NCBI RefSeq assembly: GCF_018977255.1 | Contig: NW_024704742.1 | Location: 120,716,001 to 120,780,000, forward strand | Origin: Callorhinchus milii | Taxonomy: Eukaryota | Direction: 5' to 3' | DNA: 64,000 bases | Shown here: piece after piece, positions 1 through 11,275 of the stretch | How positions within the stretch are numbered: position 1 is the stretch's first letter | Layout: each line of letters opens with the position of its first letter | Translations under genes and position numbers: made by a program | Notes under the pieces: model-generated | The model's input: the letters and a program-made list of their open reading frames with translations, nothing else | What the model was told of the DNA's origin: nothing | Databases searched by the model: none

Positions 1-229
1 TATTGTTCATCTCTCATTTGCTGCCTCCCACTCCTTGTTTGGGGTATATCTCAAACATACTTCTTTGACCGCTCATGGTCCCCACTGCTTTCTCTTCACC
101 ACCTTCAGAGCTCCAACCCCCAGTTCGGATGCCCATCTAGCATTGACAATCTCTTTGGGAAATCTTCTCGACGTGAAGAGCACTATATAAATATAAATGT
201 ATTCTATTGTATACAGACTGTTTTGTTGC

Positions 230-486
230 AATACCCCCTTTGTTTTGCATCATTAACACCTCTTTAATCCATCGTCCCCTGTCCTCTACCCCATTTTCTC
301 CATTGTATTCCTTGTCCTGCCTCCCCCATCTCTGTTAGCCCTTGAAAGCCTCTCCCTCCCAACATGCCCCAGTTCTGATGAAGGGTTGTGGAGCCGAAAC
401 ATTGACTCACTTTCCTTTCTCCATAGATGCTGCCTGACCTGCTGAGTGTTTTTGTTTCAGATTTCCAGCAGTATTTTGCGTTTTGT
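230..486 (+). mobile_element. Penelope-like element terminal fragment with degenerate minimal hammerhead motif
   Basis: CTGATGA-agggttgtggagcc-GAAAC followed by GATGCTGCCTGACCTGCTGAG, the layout I recognise from fish/shark Penelope-like pseudo-LTRs. Confidence 0.55.
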
Positions 487-911
487 CAGACAAATCAGAC
501 AAGGTGCACAACAAACAATTAGAGACAAGATATTGGGCTGGTATTAGTATTATCTTAGTATTCACCTTCCAGCAAAAATATTTATTAATTCAAATAACAA
601 CTCCCTGGCTGGGTATTGGAAGCAAATATTAACAAGCATGTTAGTGAAAATGGAAATGGAACATTTTCTAACTTTGAATTCTCCCAATGTTAGCAATAAG
701 TACTCCCAGGCCTTCCAGGAAGTTTTTCTTTACTCAGGTAATTAATGACTGGAACAGGTTTCTAGGAAAGTGGTTGATGCCAGGACACGAGATTTATTTA
801 AAAGGCAGCTTCATGTTGTAATGGGGTCTCATAGAATAATAGAAATTTACAGCACAGAAGAAGGTCATTAAGAGCAATCTTAATGGTCCTATTGGCTTCC
901 ATTTTGTCTAC

Positions 912-1165
912 TTTGAGCTGCAGAAAGTTGGCGGTTATCCAGGACTTGATGTCTGACAAGCAAGAGGACAGAAATCAGTGGGCCTGGGGTTGCAGCTGGA
1001 GGAGCAGAAGTAGATTTGGGTGGCATCTGCATAGATGTGGAAGATGACTCCTGTCTGTGGATGACATCACTGAGAGGGAACGTGTAAATCAGGAAAAGAA
1101 GGGGCCAAGGATGGAACCTTGGGGAATATCACAGGTGACTGAGCAGGGGTGGGAAAACGTTTGCA
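912..1165 (-). mobile_element. L2-clade LINE internal (RT) fragment
   Basis: Similar to 47500-47750. Covers the degenerate region encoding FHxYADDTQ. Confidence 0.7.
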
Positions 1166-1941
1166 GAGAAAAAGTAATGGCGGTTGGTTAAGTAGGACTT
1201 GGGAAGGGTAGATGTCCTGGAAGGTTAAGATTGGATAGGCCAAATGGCCTTCTTCATCCAAACCATTCTTGTGATCTTGTGAGATACGATAGTGTGATTA
1301 GATTTAGAAAGATACCTCCACTCTGTTCTAGATATTAACTATGAAGCTGGTTTTCTGTAGATGGTTTAAGATCTACAAAAACAGGCTTCAAAATTATAAT
1401 TGAATTAAAAAAAGTTACCAACTTATGCACACTCTGAAATACTAAAAAAATGTCTAAAGTCTAAACCAGGTTGAATTTCTCCCCAGAATAGTTGTTTTTC
1501 CTTTCCCAGGGAAAGTCGACTGAGGCCAATTGTAATTCCCAAGTAAGTCTGACACCATTTTCTTTAGTATTATTTTGCTAAAATGAAGAAGTACATTACA
1601 TAGCTATTTCTTTTTCAGTCCAGAATGTGTCTGCTTCAGTGGCAAAATCAATTCATTGTCTGAGTTAAAGTATACTTCTTGTACTTGGTTCACATCAATG
1701 GACTTTAACAAATGTTACTAATCTAAAGCAAACCCAATAGTTAAAAGATTTATGGTGCTGCAATTTGGCATATGATTGGAATCCAACACAGACTATTTTG
1801 TTCAAAGCATGTACAATAAATATTTTGTAAAACTTTTATAAATATTACAGTTATTTTGTGTGCTATTCTTTTCTGGGTAATAAAAGGGATTTTTTTTGCC
1901 AATTTTCTTTCTTAACCTCAGTCTTCAGATCGTCAGCAAGT

Positions 1942-3242
1942 CAACAACAACAACAACTTGCATTGATATAGCACCCTTCATGCTGGGAAGCATACCAGAG
2001 TGCTTGACAGTAGTGGAGCCTGACAACGAGCCAGGGGGAGAAGGAGGGAGGAAGCGACCATAAGCATGATCAAAAAGGAAGGTTTTAAGCGGGAAGTGGG
2101 TAGGGAGGGAAAAATGTGGAGGGATTGAGGGAGAGACTTCCAGAGTTTTGGGACATAGTGGCTGAAGGTATGGCCACCAATGGTAGAGTAGAGGGGACGA
2201 GGGACAAACAGGAGGCCGCAGCCAACCGAGTGGTGAAGTGGGGGTAAGCAGGCTGGATAAGTAGGACGGTGCGAGGGCATCAGGGGATTTAAAAATGAAT
2301 GAGAGGATCTTTAAATCAATCCATTCAGTAATTGGGAGCCAGTGGAGCCTGGCAAAGACTGGTGTGATGGGGCTATGGAATTTTGTGCAGGTGAGTTTCC
2401 GGGTGGTGGAGTTTTGAATTAATTGTAATTAGTGTATGGTGGAGCTGGGGAGACCAGTGAGAAGGGCATTGGAATTGTCCAGCTGGGAAGTGACGAAGGC
2501 ATAGACAAGGGTTTTGGCTGCTTTTGTTGTAAGGTACGGATGGAGGCGGGCAATATGGTGGAGGTGGAAAAAGGTGGTCCTGGTCAGAGAACAGATGCGT
2601 GGTGGAAAGGAAAGCTGGGGATCCAATTTGACGTCTAAGTGGCGCATGGGTTTGGAGAGTCTGAGGGAGAGTCTGAGTAGGTTGAGGAGTTCAGACCCGC
2701 AAGAGAGAAGATATTAATGGTGGGCAAAGAGTATGGCTTATAATAATACAATAATCCTTGCATTTGATATAGCGCCTTACCGGGTCTTTGAAACATTTCA
2801 AAGCGCTTCAAAGAATATACTGTAAAGTGAATTGACTATATTTGTAGGCGAAATGCAGCAACCAATTGCACACAGCAGTATCCCACAAACAGTCATGGAT
2901 TTTTTTAAGGAATTATTACCCCCAGACCAAATTATTATTATTTTGAAGGGATTATTACCTCTGGAAAAGCGATCCGCCAATTAATTAACAACCAGGTTTC
3001 TACTTACTGCTAGGTGAAAAGAGCCGTGTAAAGTAAGGAAACTTGCCCAACATTTGGTCCTCTGGCTTGCTAGGCAAGTGCTCTAACCATTAAGCTGCAG
3101 GACTTCACTTGCCAACATTCAGCTGCAGGAAATTTGCAGTCATCCAGGCCTCTATGTCCATCAAACAACTTGGCAGGACATCAGCAGACTGGGATTCGCA
3201 GCTGGAGGAGGAGAAGTGGACTTGGGTGTCATCTGCATACAT
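1942..3242 (-). mobile_element. L2-clade LINE 3' portion interrupted by a SINE at 2741-3106
   Basis: (CAA)n tail at 1942. Translated remnants LDPQLSF..HIARL..LVYAFVTSQLD.SNALL. The sequence resumes after the SINE, colinear with 47480-47620. Confidence 0.85.
2741..3106 (-). mobile_element. tRNA-derived SINE, long variant
   Basis: (TAA)n-CCTTGCATTTGATATAGCG tail, TGTTTGTGGG..CAATTGGCTGC core, degenerate tRNA head ending GCAGGACTTC. Confidence 0.85.
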
Positions 3243-3267
3243 TTCACACAGCTGACAATCCAGACCT

Positions 3268-3570
3268 GGGGAATCTCTGTAGTATTGTCCTTCAAAGGAG
3301 TCGTTAAACCTTCTGCTTATTCAGGTGGACATTAAATATATCATGGTACTACTTGAAAAGAGAAGGGAGTTTCTCCCATGTTGTGGCCAACATTCCCTCA
3401 GATAAAACTGATCATTCATGTCATGGCTGTTTATGGGATGTTGCTGTGTTCAAATTGGCAGCCCCAATTTGCTTGCAAAATGCAGTCACTACTCTACAGT
3501 AAATCCTATGAAGTGGTTTGAGATATTTTAACAATGTGATACATCACTATATCAAATGTAAGGAATGTTA
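3268..3570 (+). mobile_element. Old DeuSINE-like (SacSINE1/AmnSINE1-related) copy
   Basis: Contains TCAGGTGGACATTAAA..GGGAGTTTCTCCC.TGTTGTGGCCAACATT and TGTTTATGGGATGTTGCTGTG..AAATTGGC, resembling the Deu domain. Confidence 0.6.
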
Positions 3571-3934
3571 GTATTACTATTAATTATCATGAGAATGCCT
3601 TTTAATAAAATACTACTTAGATAATTGAGATTACAATTCTTCTAATAGAAATGATTAATATTATACTAAGCAATAGACACTGGTGGGTGAGATAATTTGA
3701 AGATCTAGAGAGAAGAGACATGGTATGAAAAGCATTAATTTATAATATTTGGTCTATTCTTTCCAAGATATAAAATCTACTTTATCATAGATTTGCATAA
3801 TGTAATCACATATACCTAAGCTTCATCCTGAAGGTTTACATACAATTTTAAGTTGATTACATTTTATTTTGGAACTCACTTAAGACAGTTATTGTTCATA
3901 ATACTTTCCTAAACAAATATCACATCCTCCAATT

Positions 3935-4175
3935 ATAGAGATAGAAAGAAATACATAACCAAAGTGACACAAAGAAAAAGGAAGACAGAATCAAAGGGAG
4001 ACAGAAATAAAAAAGAGAAAAAAGAAACAGGTAAAGAAAAAGTAGACTGCCAGGAGTGAGAGACAAAGCCAAATAGAAAGACAATAACAAAGAGAGATCA
4101 GAGAGACAAAAAAGATGAAGAGCAAAAGAAAACCAAACAGAAAAGAGACAGAACTAGAGAAAGAAGAGAAATGGT
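3935..4175 (+). repeat. Purine-rich (GA/AAAG) low-complexity tract
   Basis: About 240 bp that is almost all A/G on the + strand. Confidence 0.8.
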
Positions 4176-4672
4176 ATAAAAGGTATCAATGTAAAATATT
4201 TGGTTAGCAAGTCTATTCTTTCCAAAAAGAACAATTTGCTTTATCATAGATTCAATGAATCTAGTACATCACTTCAGAAAAAAACTGCAAGGTTTATTTT
4301 TGCCTCTGCAAAGGTAAGAACAATAAAATTCACGTGAGGTGCTTTGAGATGACCTCTAAACATGAAAGGCACTAAATCAAATCCAAGGATTTTATAACAT
4401 TATTTTATTTGGGTTTGTTAGCAACCTCAAGGTACAGCTTCCATGGAGATTTAATTGTCTTTCTGTTTTGATGTTATTCTTTGTATGGTCTAATTTCATT
4501 TCTCTTCTACATAATGAGAATGATTATGTGTTGTCCCTATTGCCATGTAATGTTTTTTAAATTCTAATAAAACTATTGCCCTGATTGACTTTTGGCCTTG
4601 GTTTACCTGTGAACACACCAAGCCCATCTGTACAGATTCAGACACAAAATCTTTGTGCACATAAACTAGCTA

Positions 4673-4990
4673 TTAATAATAATAATAATCCTTGCATTTG
4701 ATATAGCGCTTTTCACGTCGGGAGGACGTCCCAAAGCGCTTCACAGAACACACTGTAAAGTGAATTGACTGTATATTTGTGGGCGAACGCGGCAGCCAAT
4801 TGCGCACAGCAATGTCCCACAAAAGGTCGTAGATTGAAAAATGACCAATTTATTATTTTTTTTGTTTTGGAGGGATTATTATTAGGTGTGTGGAGTAAGG
4901 AAACTTGCCCAAGGTTTCGCCCTGCCTGGAATTGAACTCAGGTCTCTCACTTGCAAAGCGAGTGCTCTAACCACTGAGCTACAGGACTCC
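4673..4990 (-). mobile_element. Full-length young tRNA(Ala)-derived SINE, short variant
   Basis: Near-identical to 25657, 32142 and 50088. A box TAGCTCAGTGG and B box GTTCAATTCC on the minus strand. (TAA)n tail. Confidence 0.92.
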
Positions 4991-7492
4991 ACAAATCTCC
5001 AGGAATATCCACCTGGAGATTCTCTGTTTGATACAACCCTAACTTACTGTATGAAACGTTAATGAAAGGATGGTCTCCGAGGGTCTACGGATTTTAATCT
5101 TTCGGACCTGTGACACAGTATTTAAGTGACAAATAATAACATTCAGCTTCCGTGCAAACAGATTAGGAAATCATATTTTTATCTAAGTATAATTTGCAAT
5201 TATATGTTACATGCTTTTAATAAATATCAGAGTTTACTATTATAAATCTCAATTCTCAGTTGGATCTGTAGGTGATTGAATACTGTACGAAGTATAAGCA
5301 GAGTTTGGGAGTGGGGAGAGAAGGTTTACCTCTTACAATGTTCCCTTACATATGCAATTAAAATTAAATTCAAAAGATGACTTAATGGCCATGCAACTTT
5401 TTGACTTTTGCTTTCCGCAGTCTATAGAAGTCAAGTATTGACTTCCGCGGATCAGAATTCTGCAGATCATATTTCTGTGGTGTTTATTCCTTTCCTCTTC
5501 TGTTGCTGAGGCAAATTCGATTGTTCTCTAAAGTGCCATATATCAGCTTTCGTTTATTTCGTTTAGGCTCGGATAGGGATACTTATTATTCCTTGAGTCA
5601 AGTGAAGACACATACTGGGGTACACAAACATGAAGGATCATTGGTTAGAACTGTTGCCTTGTTGACTTATGGATCACAAACTCCTAGTTACACGTGCACA
5701 TGTTACCCCTGTGCTAAACAGCATTAGGGATAAGGTTAACAAAAAATAAACATTTTGACTTACACACTATGAATCACATCGGGTTGTTGGTATTGTACAG
5801 CAGAACAGAATGGTAACAAAAAATATTATTCATGCCATTTTAAAAATAAATTATAAATGACTCCCATGAAATTGCCAATGATTCGTTGACCATATACTAA
5901 TAATAGTGAAATGAAATATATTTTTTAGGTCTCAATATTTTATAACATGATTTTTAAAAAATATTGTTAATGTTAACTTCACTTTCTTATGAACTCTAAA
6001 ATTCCTGGTTGACTGTGTTCTACGTGGATTATTACTCTTTGAAGTTAATATTATATAGGGATTTATTCCAACGTAGCATTGTAGAACTTGGCAAATTCGT
6101 AAATACAAACTAAGTTTTGAAGTCAGTTTCGCTAAGTTATTTTAAAAACTGTTAAAATCTCGGTTTCGAAGTTAAAACGGAATCCAACTAGTTGTCACAT
6201 TTTGGAAGATCTAAAAGGTTACATAAATAGATTAAAGCTAGAGTAAACTAGTTGGAACTTTTCCTCAATAGTATAACTCACTGCTTTAGAGTCCATATAC
6301 ATATAACTGGAGGTCATAACAACAATGACAGGGAACAGTGAGAGTGACAATACCAGTGAGAGATATTATAATTGCTCGGTTACCTCATTCTTGCGAGTGA
6401 AAAATGTATAGAATTTGCTTTGTCTTATGACATGTTTAAAGTATTTACACTGTGAAAGTGAGTGATGCCCCACATTTAGTCTGACTATCTGGAATGTATT
6501 GAAAGTTTACAAACCATGAGTTCATAACACAAACTGTAATATTTATATATTTAACTCCTCATTATATGACAAATGAACAACGCAACCTTTCAAATAATAT
6601 TTGAAGTTTATAGCGTTTAAACAGTCAGTAATTTAAATTGCCTCTGGACTTTTGCATTACGTTTTTTTGACAAAAACATTCTAGTATAATTTAAAATCTG
6701 CAGCACAGTAACTTCGAAATCTGCAACTCCCGAACGCTGTGATTATAACATGTCAAATAACTGTCTCTGAGTATAGAGGCTATTTTCGAAGTATTCCTGC
6801 CTTTACTTTGTTAGTGAAAACTTGAGCGGAGTCTCTGTTGTGTGAAAGAATCAACATATATGGCGAATTCAAACGCGAGAGATTTAGAGTCTGTGTCCAG
6901 TGCCAATGACTTTCAGGAGCATCAAAACTCCTGCCTTCGACTCCTTGGTATATTGACTCAATGACTTTAAAATTGACTGGTCTTGATATATAAGACAGCT
7001 GTTGACTGCTATACAAGTGTCATGTTCATCATCAACCACGAATATTCCAATTGGTTCTGTCTCCATCCCAATGCGTTCAACATTTACGTTTGAAATGATT
7101 CAGGAACGTTTGATTCGTGGGAAAGGTTTGGGAGAAATCCTACAGCAACTGCAAGATTGTCCCCATGTAACCATGGGAACGTATGATTTCAAAAGCATGA
7201 TATGAGCTAAACAGATGGTCTGTGCCAAAGAATCGGAGAATTTTACCAACTTAAATGTTGGCTATCGTAAATCGTCAGTATAATTTTGAATTATTAATAC
7301 AAAAATATGATGGGGTTTTCTCCTGAATAATAACGGAATAGGGTTCTGATTCATTGCAGTCTGCTTAATCAGAGTTCGTTGTCTATTGCAATCGATTGTT
7401 TCAAATAGATAAAATAAAACATTTAAGTAACTTTAGCCTGTTTTCTGTCCCTGGCCAGCACTGAAACACGTGCAAAAAAAAAGCTTTAATAA

Positions 7493-7565
7493 CAATATTA
7501 AATATTATATTAATATAATTAATATTAAATATTATATAATATTAAATATTATATTAATATAATTA
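7493..7565. repeat. AT-only imperfect tandem repeat
   Basis: Units such as AATATTAAATATTATATTAATATAATT repeated. Confidence 0.8.
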
Positions 7566-7721
7566 GAATAACAATGAATCTAGCTCGACAGCTTCCTGAG
7601 AGTTACCAAGTGACACTGAACCTAATGTTAACACTAAACGAAATGTAATCTTTATTTGTTCGAACTCGAAATTTACCGAAACTCGCCATAAACCTCGCAG
7701 CTTCGGTAGAAAGTTGGAATT

Positions 7722-7850
7722 TATAATAATAATAATCATCATCATCCTTGCATTCGACACAACGCCTTATCACGTCTCCCAGACACCTCAAAGCGCCTCA
7801 CAGAACATATACTGCAAAGTGAATTGACCGGATATTTTGTGGGCGAAAGC
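7722..7850 (-). mobile_element. SINE 3' fragment
   Basis: (TAA/CAT)n-CCTTGCATT..GCCTTATCACGTCTC..CACAGAACATATACTGCAAAGTGAATTGAC. Confidence 0.8.
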
Positions 7851-8056
7851 CCAAAGTATTTTGCAAAGGTAAAGGTGCCTTTTTGTGCAAAGGTAACTTC
7901 AAACGCTTGTGAGCGGATTGAGTCACATAGTTGCATTCGATCGATTTGGGAAGGGATTCGTGTGTCCTACGATGGGCCGATTCAACCACCTGTGATTGTG
8001 TCCTGATGTGGTTTGCATTGGGGCTCTCAGCACTTGGTCTCAGAGCCGGCGCTGGG

Positions 8057-8088
8057 CTGTGCCATCTGCTGATCTCTAGGTGGCAGCA
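8057..8088. promoter_or_regulatory. Two abutting divergent CTCF-like motifs
   Basis: TCAGCAGATGGCACAG on minus (8057-8072) and TCTCTAGGTGGCAGCA on plus (8073-8088). Both resemble the CCASYAGRKGGCRS core. Confidence 0.5.
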
Positions 8089-8104
8089 GACCCACTGCGA
8101 CCTG

Positions 8105-8125
8105 AGAGCTGTCCAGGGTCCTGAC
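8105..8125 (-). promoter_or_regulatory. RE1/NRSE-like (REST) site
   Basis: Minus strand reads GTCAGGACCCTGGACAGCTCT versus consensus TTCAGCACCnnGGACAGCGCC. The canonical 2-nt spacer and GGACAGC half-site are intact, with one core mismatch. Confidence 0.6.
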
Positions 8126-8899
8126 AGCCCAAGTGCTGAACCAAACACCAATCTCATCCAATACTTAACGGGGAGGGTGGGAGTGGGGGGGGGGGGGGGC
8201 AGGATAATGAACAAACAAATAAATAATCATATAAATGAATCGATCAGTAACTGAGTAAATACATAAATAGTGAAGTTATATGAACGGTTTCAATCGTGTC
8301 GCCTAATAATAATAATAATAATAATAACCTATTGGTCATTGTTTGCACCTTCACTGCTAAGCTACGTGTTTAACTCCTCTCTGCCAACACACAGAATGAA
8401 GCCAATTCCATGTGTATTACAGTCTATGGAGATTTCTCGTTGCGTTTGTACCACAAGTGGAGAGGCACATCACCTCACAGCCATGATCCTACGACTGTGA
8501 AAAATACGTTTCCCTGCAAACTGGGCACTTATACTTAAGGATCCAAGAACGTTACAGAGTTACTTGTGGCATTCAAGTCGCCTGACTGGTGTTGTCTGCT
8601 CAGCATTTCTCCAGAGGCGTTACCAAAACCAGGAGCGTGGGAAAAACCTGAGGCTGTCAGTCAACTTCTGCGATACACCGAAACCCTGGGTCCTCTACAC
8701 AGTTTGAGGACGTATTTTCTTCGGTGAAACCCATTTCCCCAAGAAGATAAAGCGTTCAATTGAAAATTGAAGTTCAACTAATATCTATTAAATACCATTC
8801 CTCATACAGTCCGGACAGATTGCCAGTGTGAAACATTTAAATGCACGAATCATATTTGCAATACATTTTCACCTGCGGCAGATTATAGAGCAGCGCTAA

Positions 8900-9502
8900 G
8901 AAGCAAACACCTGCGTACAGTAGGACGAGAGGACATTTGACGTTACCTCTGCGAGATGCCGAAGCACATTTTCCTTCTCCCTCAGTGTCATTACGTTGGC
9001 AAAGGTACGCACAGCAAAGCGCTGAGAGCTGCGTGAGATCATGACCAGCCACGTCTGCTTCATTGATCCAGGAGTCAGACCTGGTCCCGGCACAGGGGGG
9101 GGGGGGGGGGACTAACCCACTCCACTTGTCACCGACCAGGACGGTGTCGCTCAAGGCAGAAGAGACCAAAGTCGACGAGGATCGGAGAGCCAGCAGGACC
9201 CGAGCTGTCCCGACTTTTCGATCACACCGGGAGTTGGGAGCATCAGTATGGAGAGGCACACTCCAGCCACTTATTAACCATCTGACGTATCCTGAGTATA
9301 TATACACTGCATATCCATCCACTCCGCCACCACTTCTCTGAAGGAAAACGACAGACATATCGCACTGACACCATGTGTGCCCGGGGTTTTGTGGGTTTAT
9401 CTTCCTGTACGTGATGTCGCTTCGCTCGGGAACCTGAGCCTCGAGGACTGAATCCCTGAGGTCTCCGCTCTGCTCTCCTCTCCTCTCCTCTCCTCTCTCG
9501 GA
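8900..9502 (+). promoter_or_regulatory. Putative HTR1A proximal promoter and 5' UTR
   Basis: GC/CpG-rich stretch directly upstream of the ATG. CRE-like TGACGT at 8938-8943 and 9283-9288, TATATATA at 9297-9304, G16 run at 9095-9110, (CTCTC)5 at 9473-9497. Confidence 0.6.
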
Positions 9503-10717
9503 ATGGAAGTGCTCAACACCACCACTCTTTCCTACGTGGCTCTGATCGAGGAAAGCCAAGCGAACTCCACGGAGGCGACGCTGACTTACCAGTTGACAAC
9601 TTCTCTGTTTATCGGGACTTTGATTCTCTGCTCCATCATCGGCAACGCCTGTGTGATCGCTGCTATAGCGCGGGAGCGCTCTCTCCAAAACGTGGCCAAC
9701 TATCTCATCGGGTCACTGGCGGTCACGGACCTGATGGTCTCGGTGCTGGTGCTCCCAATGGCTGCTTTGTACCAGGTTCTCAACAAGTGGACCCTCGGGC
9801 AGGTAACCTGTGACATATTTATCTCTTTAGATGTGTTGTGTTGTACATCTTCCATCCTACACCTGTGCGCCATCGCCCTGGATCGATACTGGGCGATTAC
9901 AGATCCCATCGACTATGTGAACAAGAGGACTCCCAGACGGGCCGCTGTGCTGATCAGTCTGACCTGGTTAGTTGGGTTTTTGATTTCGATCCCACCCATG
10001 TTAGGCTGGAGAACACCCGAAGACAGAGCCAATCCCAACGCGTGTTTAATTAGCCAAGATCCAGGCTACACCATTTACTCCACCTTCGGCGCCTTTTACA
10101 TCCCCCTGGTCTTGATGCTGGTGCTGTACGGGAGGATATTCCGAGCCGCCAGATTCCGCATCCGCAAGACAGTGAAAAAGTCCGAGAAGAAAAAAATAGC
10201 GGACACGCGTTTGACGGTGTCCCCGGCTCTGCCCGAAAAGAAAAGCAACGGGGAGACGAGCAAGAACTGGAAGAGGAGTGTGGAGCCCAAACCTGCTTCA
10301 GTCAACGGGGCCATCCGCCATGGAGAAGAAGGATCCTCGTTGGAGGTCATCGAGGTCCACCACAACTCCAAAAGCCATCTGCATCTGCCCATTGACGACA
10401 ACGCTCAGTCCACCCCCTGCTTTGAGGCCAGGAACGATAGGAACATTGAAGCCAAGAGGAAAGTGGCCCTGGCCCGGGAGAGGAAGACTGTCAAAACTTT
10501 GGGGATCATCATGGGCACCTTCATACTCTGCTGGTTACCCTTCTTCATCGTGGCTCTGGTTTTACCATTCTGTGAAGAGTGTGACCTGCCAATCTGGGTC
10601 CAGGCTGTCATCAACTGGTTAGGCTATTCCAACTCCCTCCTCAACCCCATCATATACGCTTACTTCAACAAGGATTTCCAAAGTGCTTTCAAAAAGATTA
10701 TCAAATGCAAGTTCTGA
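9503..10717 (+). CDS. HTR1A: 5-hydroxytryptamine (serotonin) receptor 1A, intronless class A GPCR, 404 aa
   Basis: Single ORF with 7 hydrophobic helices. Motifs: [45 protein letters not shown]3 Asp (LDVLCCTSS), [27 protein letters not shown], long ICL3 ending [49 protein letters not shown]. These segments are characteristic of vertebrate 5-HT1A. N-glycosylation sequons NTT and NST in the N-terminus. Confidence 0.97.
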   Translation: MEVLNTTTLSYVALIEESQANSTEATLTYQLTTSLFIGTLILCSIIGNACVIAAIARERSLQNVANYLIGSLAVTDLMVSVLVLPMAALYQVLNKWTLGQVTCDIFISLDVLCCTSSILHLCAIALDRYWAITDPIDYVNKRTPRRAAVLISLTWLVGFLISIPPMLGWRTPEDRANPNACLISQDPGYTIYSTFGAFYIPLVLMLVLYGRIFRAARFRIRKTVKKSEKKKIADTRLTVSPALPEKKSNGETSKNWKRSVEPKPASVNGAIRHGEEGSSLEVIEVHHNSKSHLHLPIDDNAQSTPCFEARNDRNIEAKRKVALARERKTVKTLGIIMGTFILCWLPFFIVALVLPFCEECDLPIWVQAVINWLGYSNSLLNPIIYAYFNKDFQSAFKKIIKCKF

Positions 10718-11269
10718 AAGGGATGATTTATTATGGATATCGCGTCAACGATCGTGATCGATTACCGCAATAGATTTGCTCAGCAAATGTATCCAATTCA
10801 TCGTACAACCCCGAAGCTTTTTTATTATTTCCATCTATAATATTTATATCCATGTATTATATTTGCGATTGAGTTTATTTTTCATCGTGCACTGGTTTGC
10901 TAGTCGGGTATTTATGACGGCGACCTTTACATTCATTTAGGGAAGGAAAAGTAAACCCACGTTTCGATAATGGTTTTGCCCATAAATATCCTTGAATGTA
11001 ATTTTTTTAAAAAATCTGCCAAATGTAAATGCAAATGCAAATGCAGCGCTCGTTCGATTAAATTCGACGCTTTTATTTTTGCAGGGATTTCTCTCGTCGG
11101 CTTCACTGTAGTTCATTGCTTTCGGTGGTTTGTCCATTACATGTGTGTTGTTTCACAGCCCAGTTGGTTTATGTTGTGCATTGGGTTTATCCAGTCGTAC
11201 TCAACATTCGTAATTTTTAAAGTTGCAGATTTCCTGATCAATTAACTGAGCTCCTATCACTTCAGACCG

Positions 11270-11275
11270 AATAAA
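11270..11275 (+). other. Candidate polyadenylation signal for HTR1A
   Basis: First AATAAA I could see downstream of the stop, about 550 nt away. ATTAAA also occurs at 11593. Confidence 0.35.

Noticed and set aside
9473..9502. Pyrimidine tract as a splice acceptor for an upstream exon
   Set aside because: No AG lies between the tract and the ATG (CTCGGAATG). It is better explained as a (CTCTC)n microsatellite.
8837..9688. 283-aa antisense ORF overlapping the HTR1A start and promoter
   Set aside because: No recognisable domain. It runs through the G16 and (CTCTC)n tracts, and long stop-free frames are expected in GC-rich DNA opposite a CDS.
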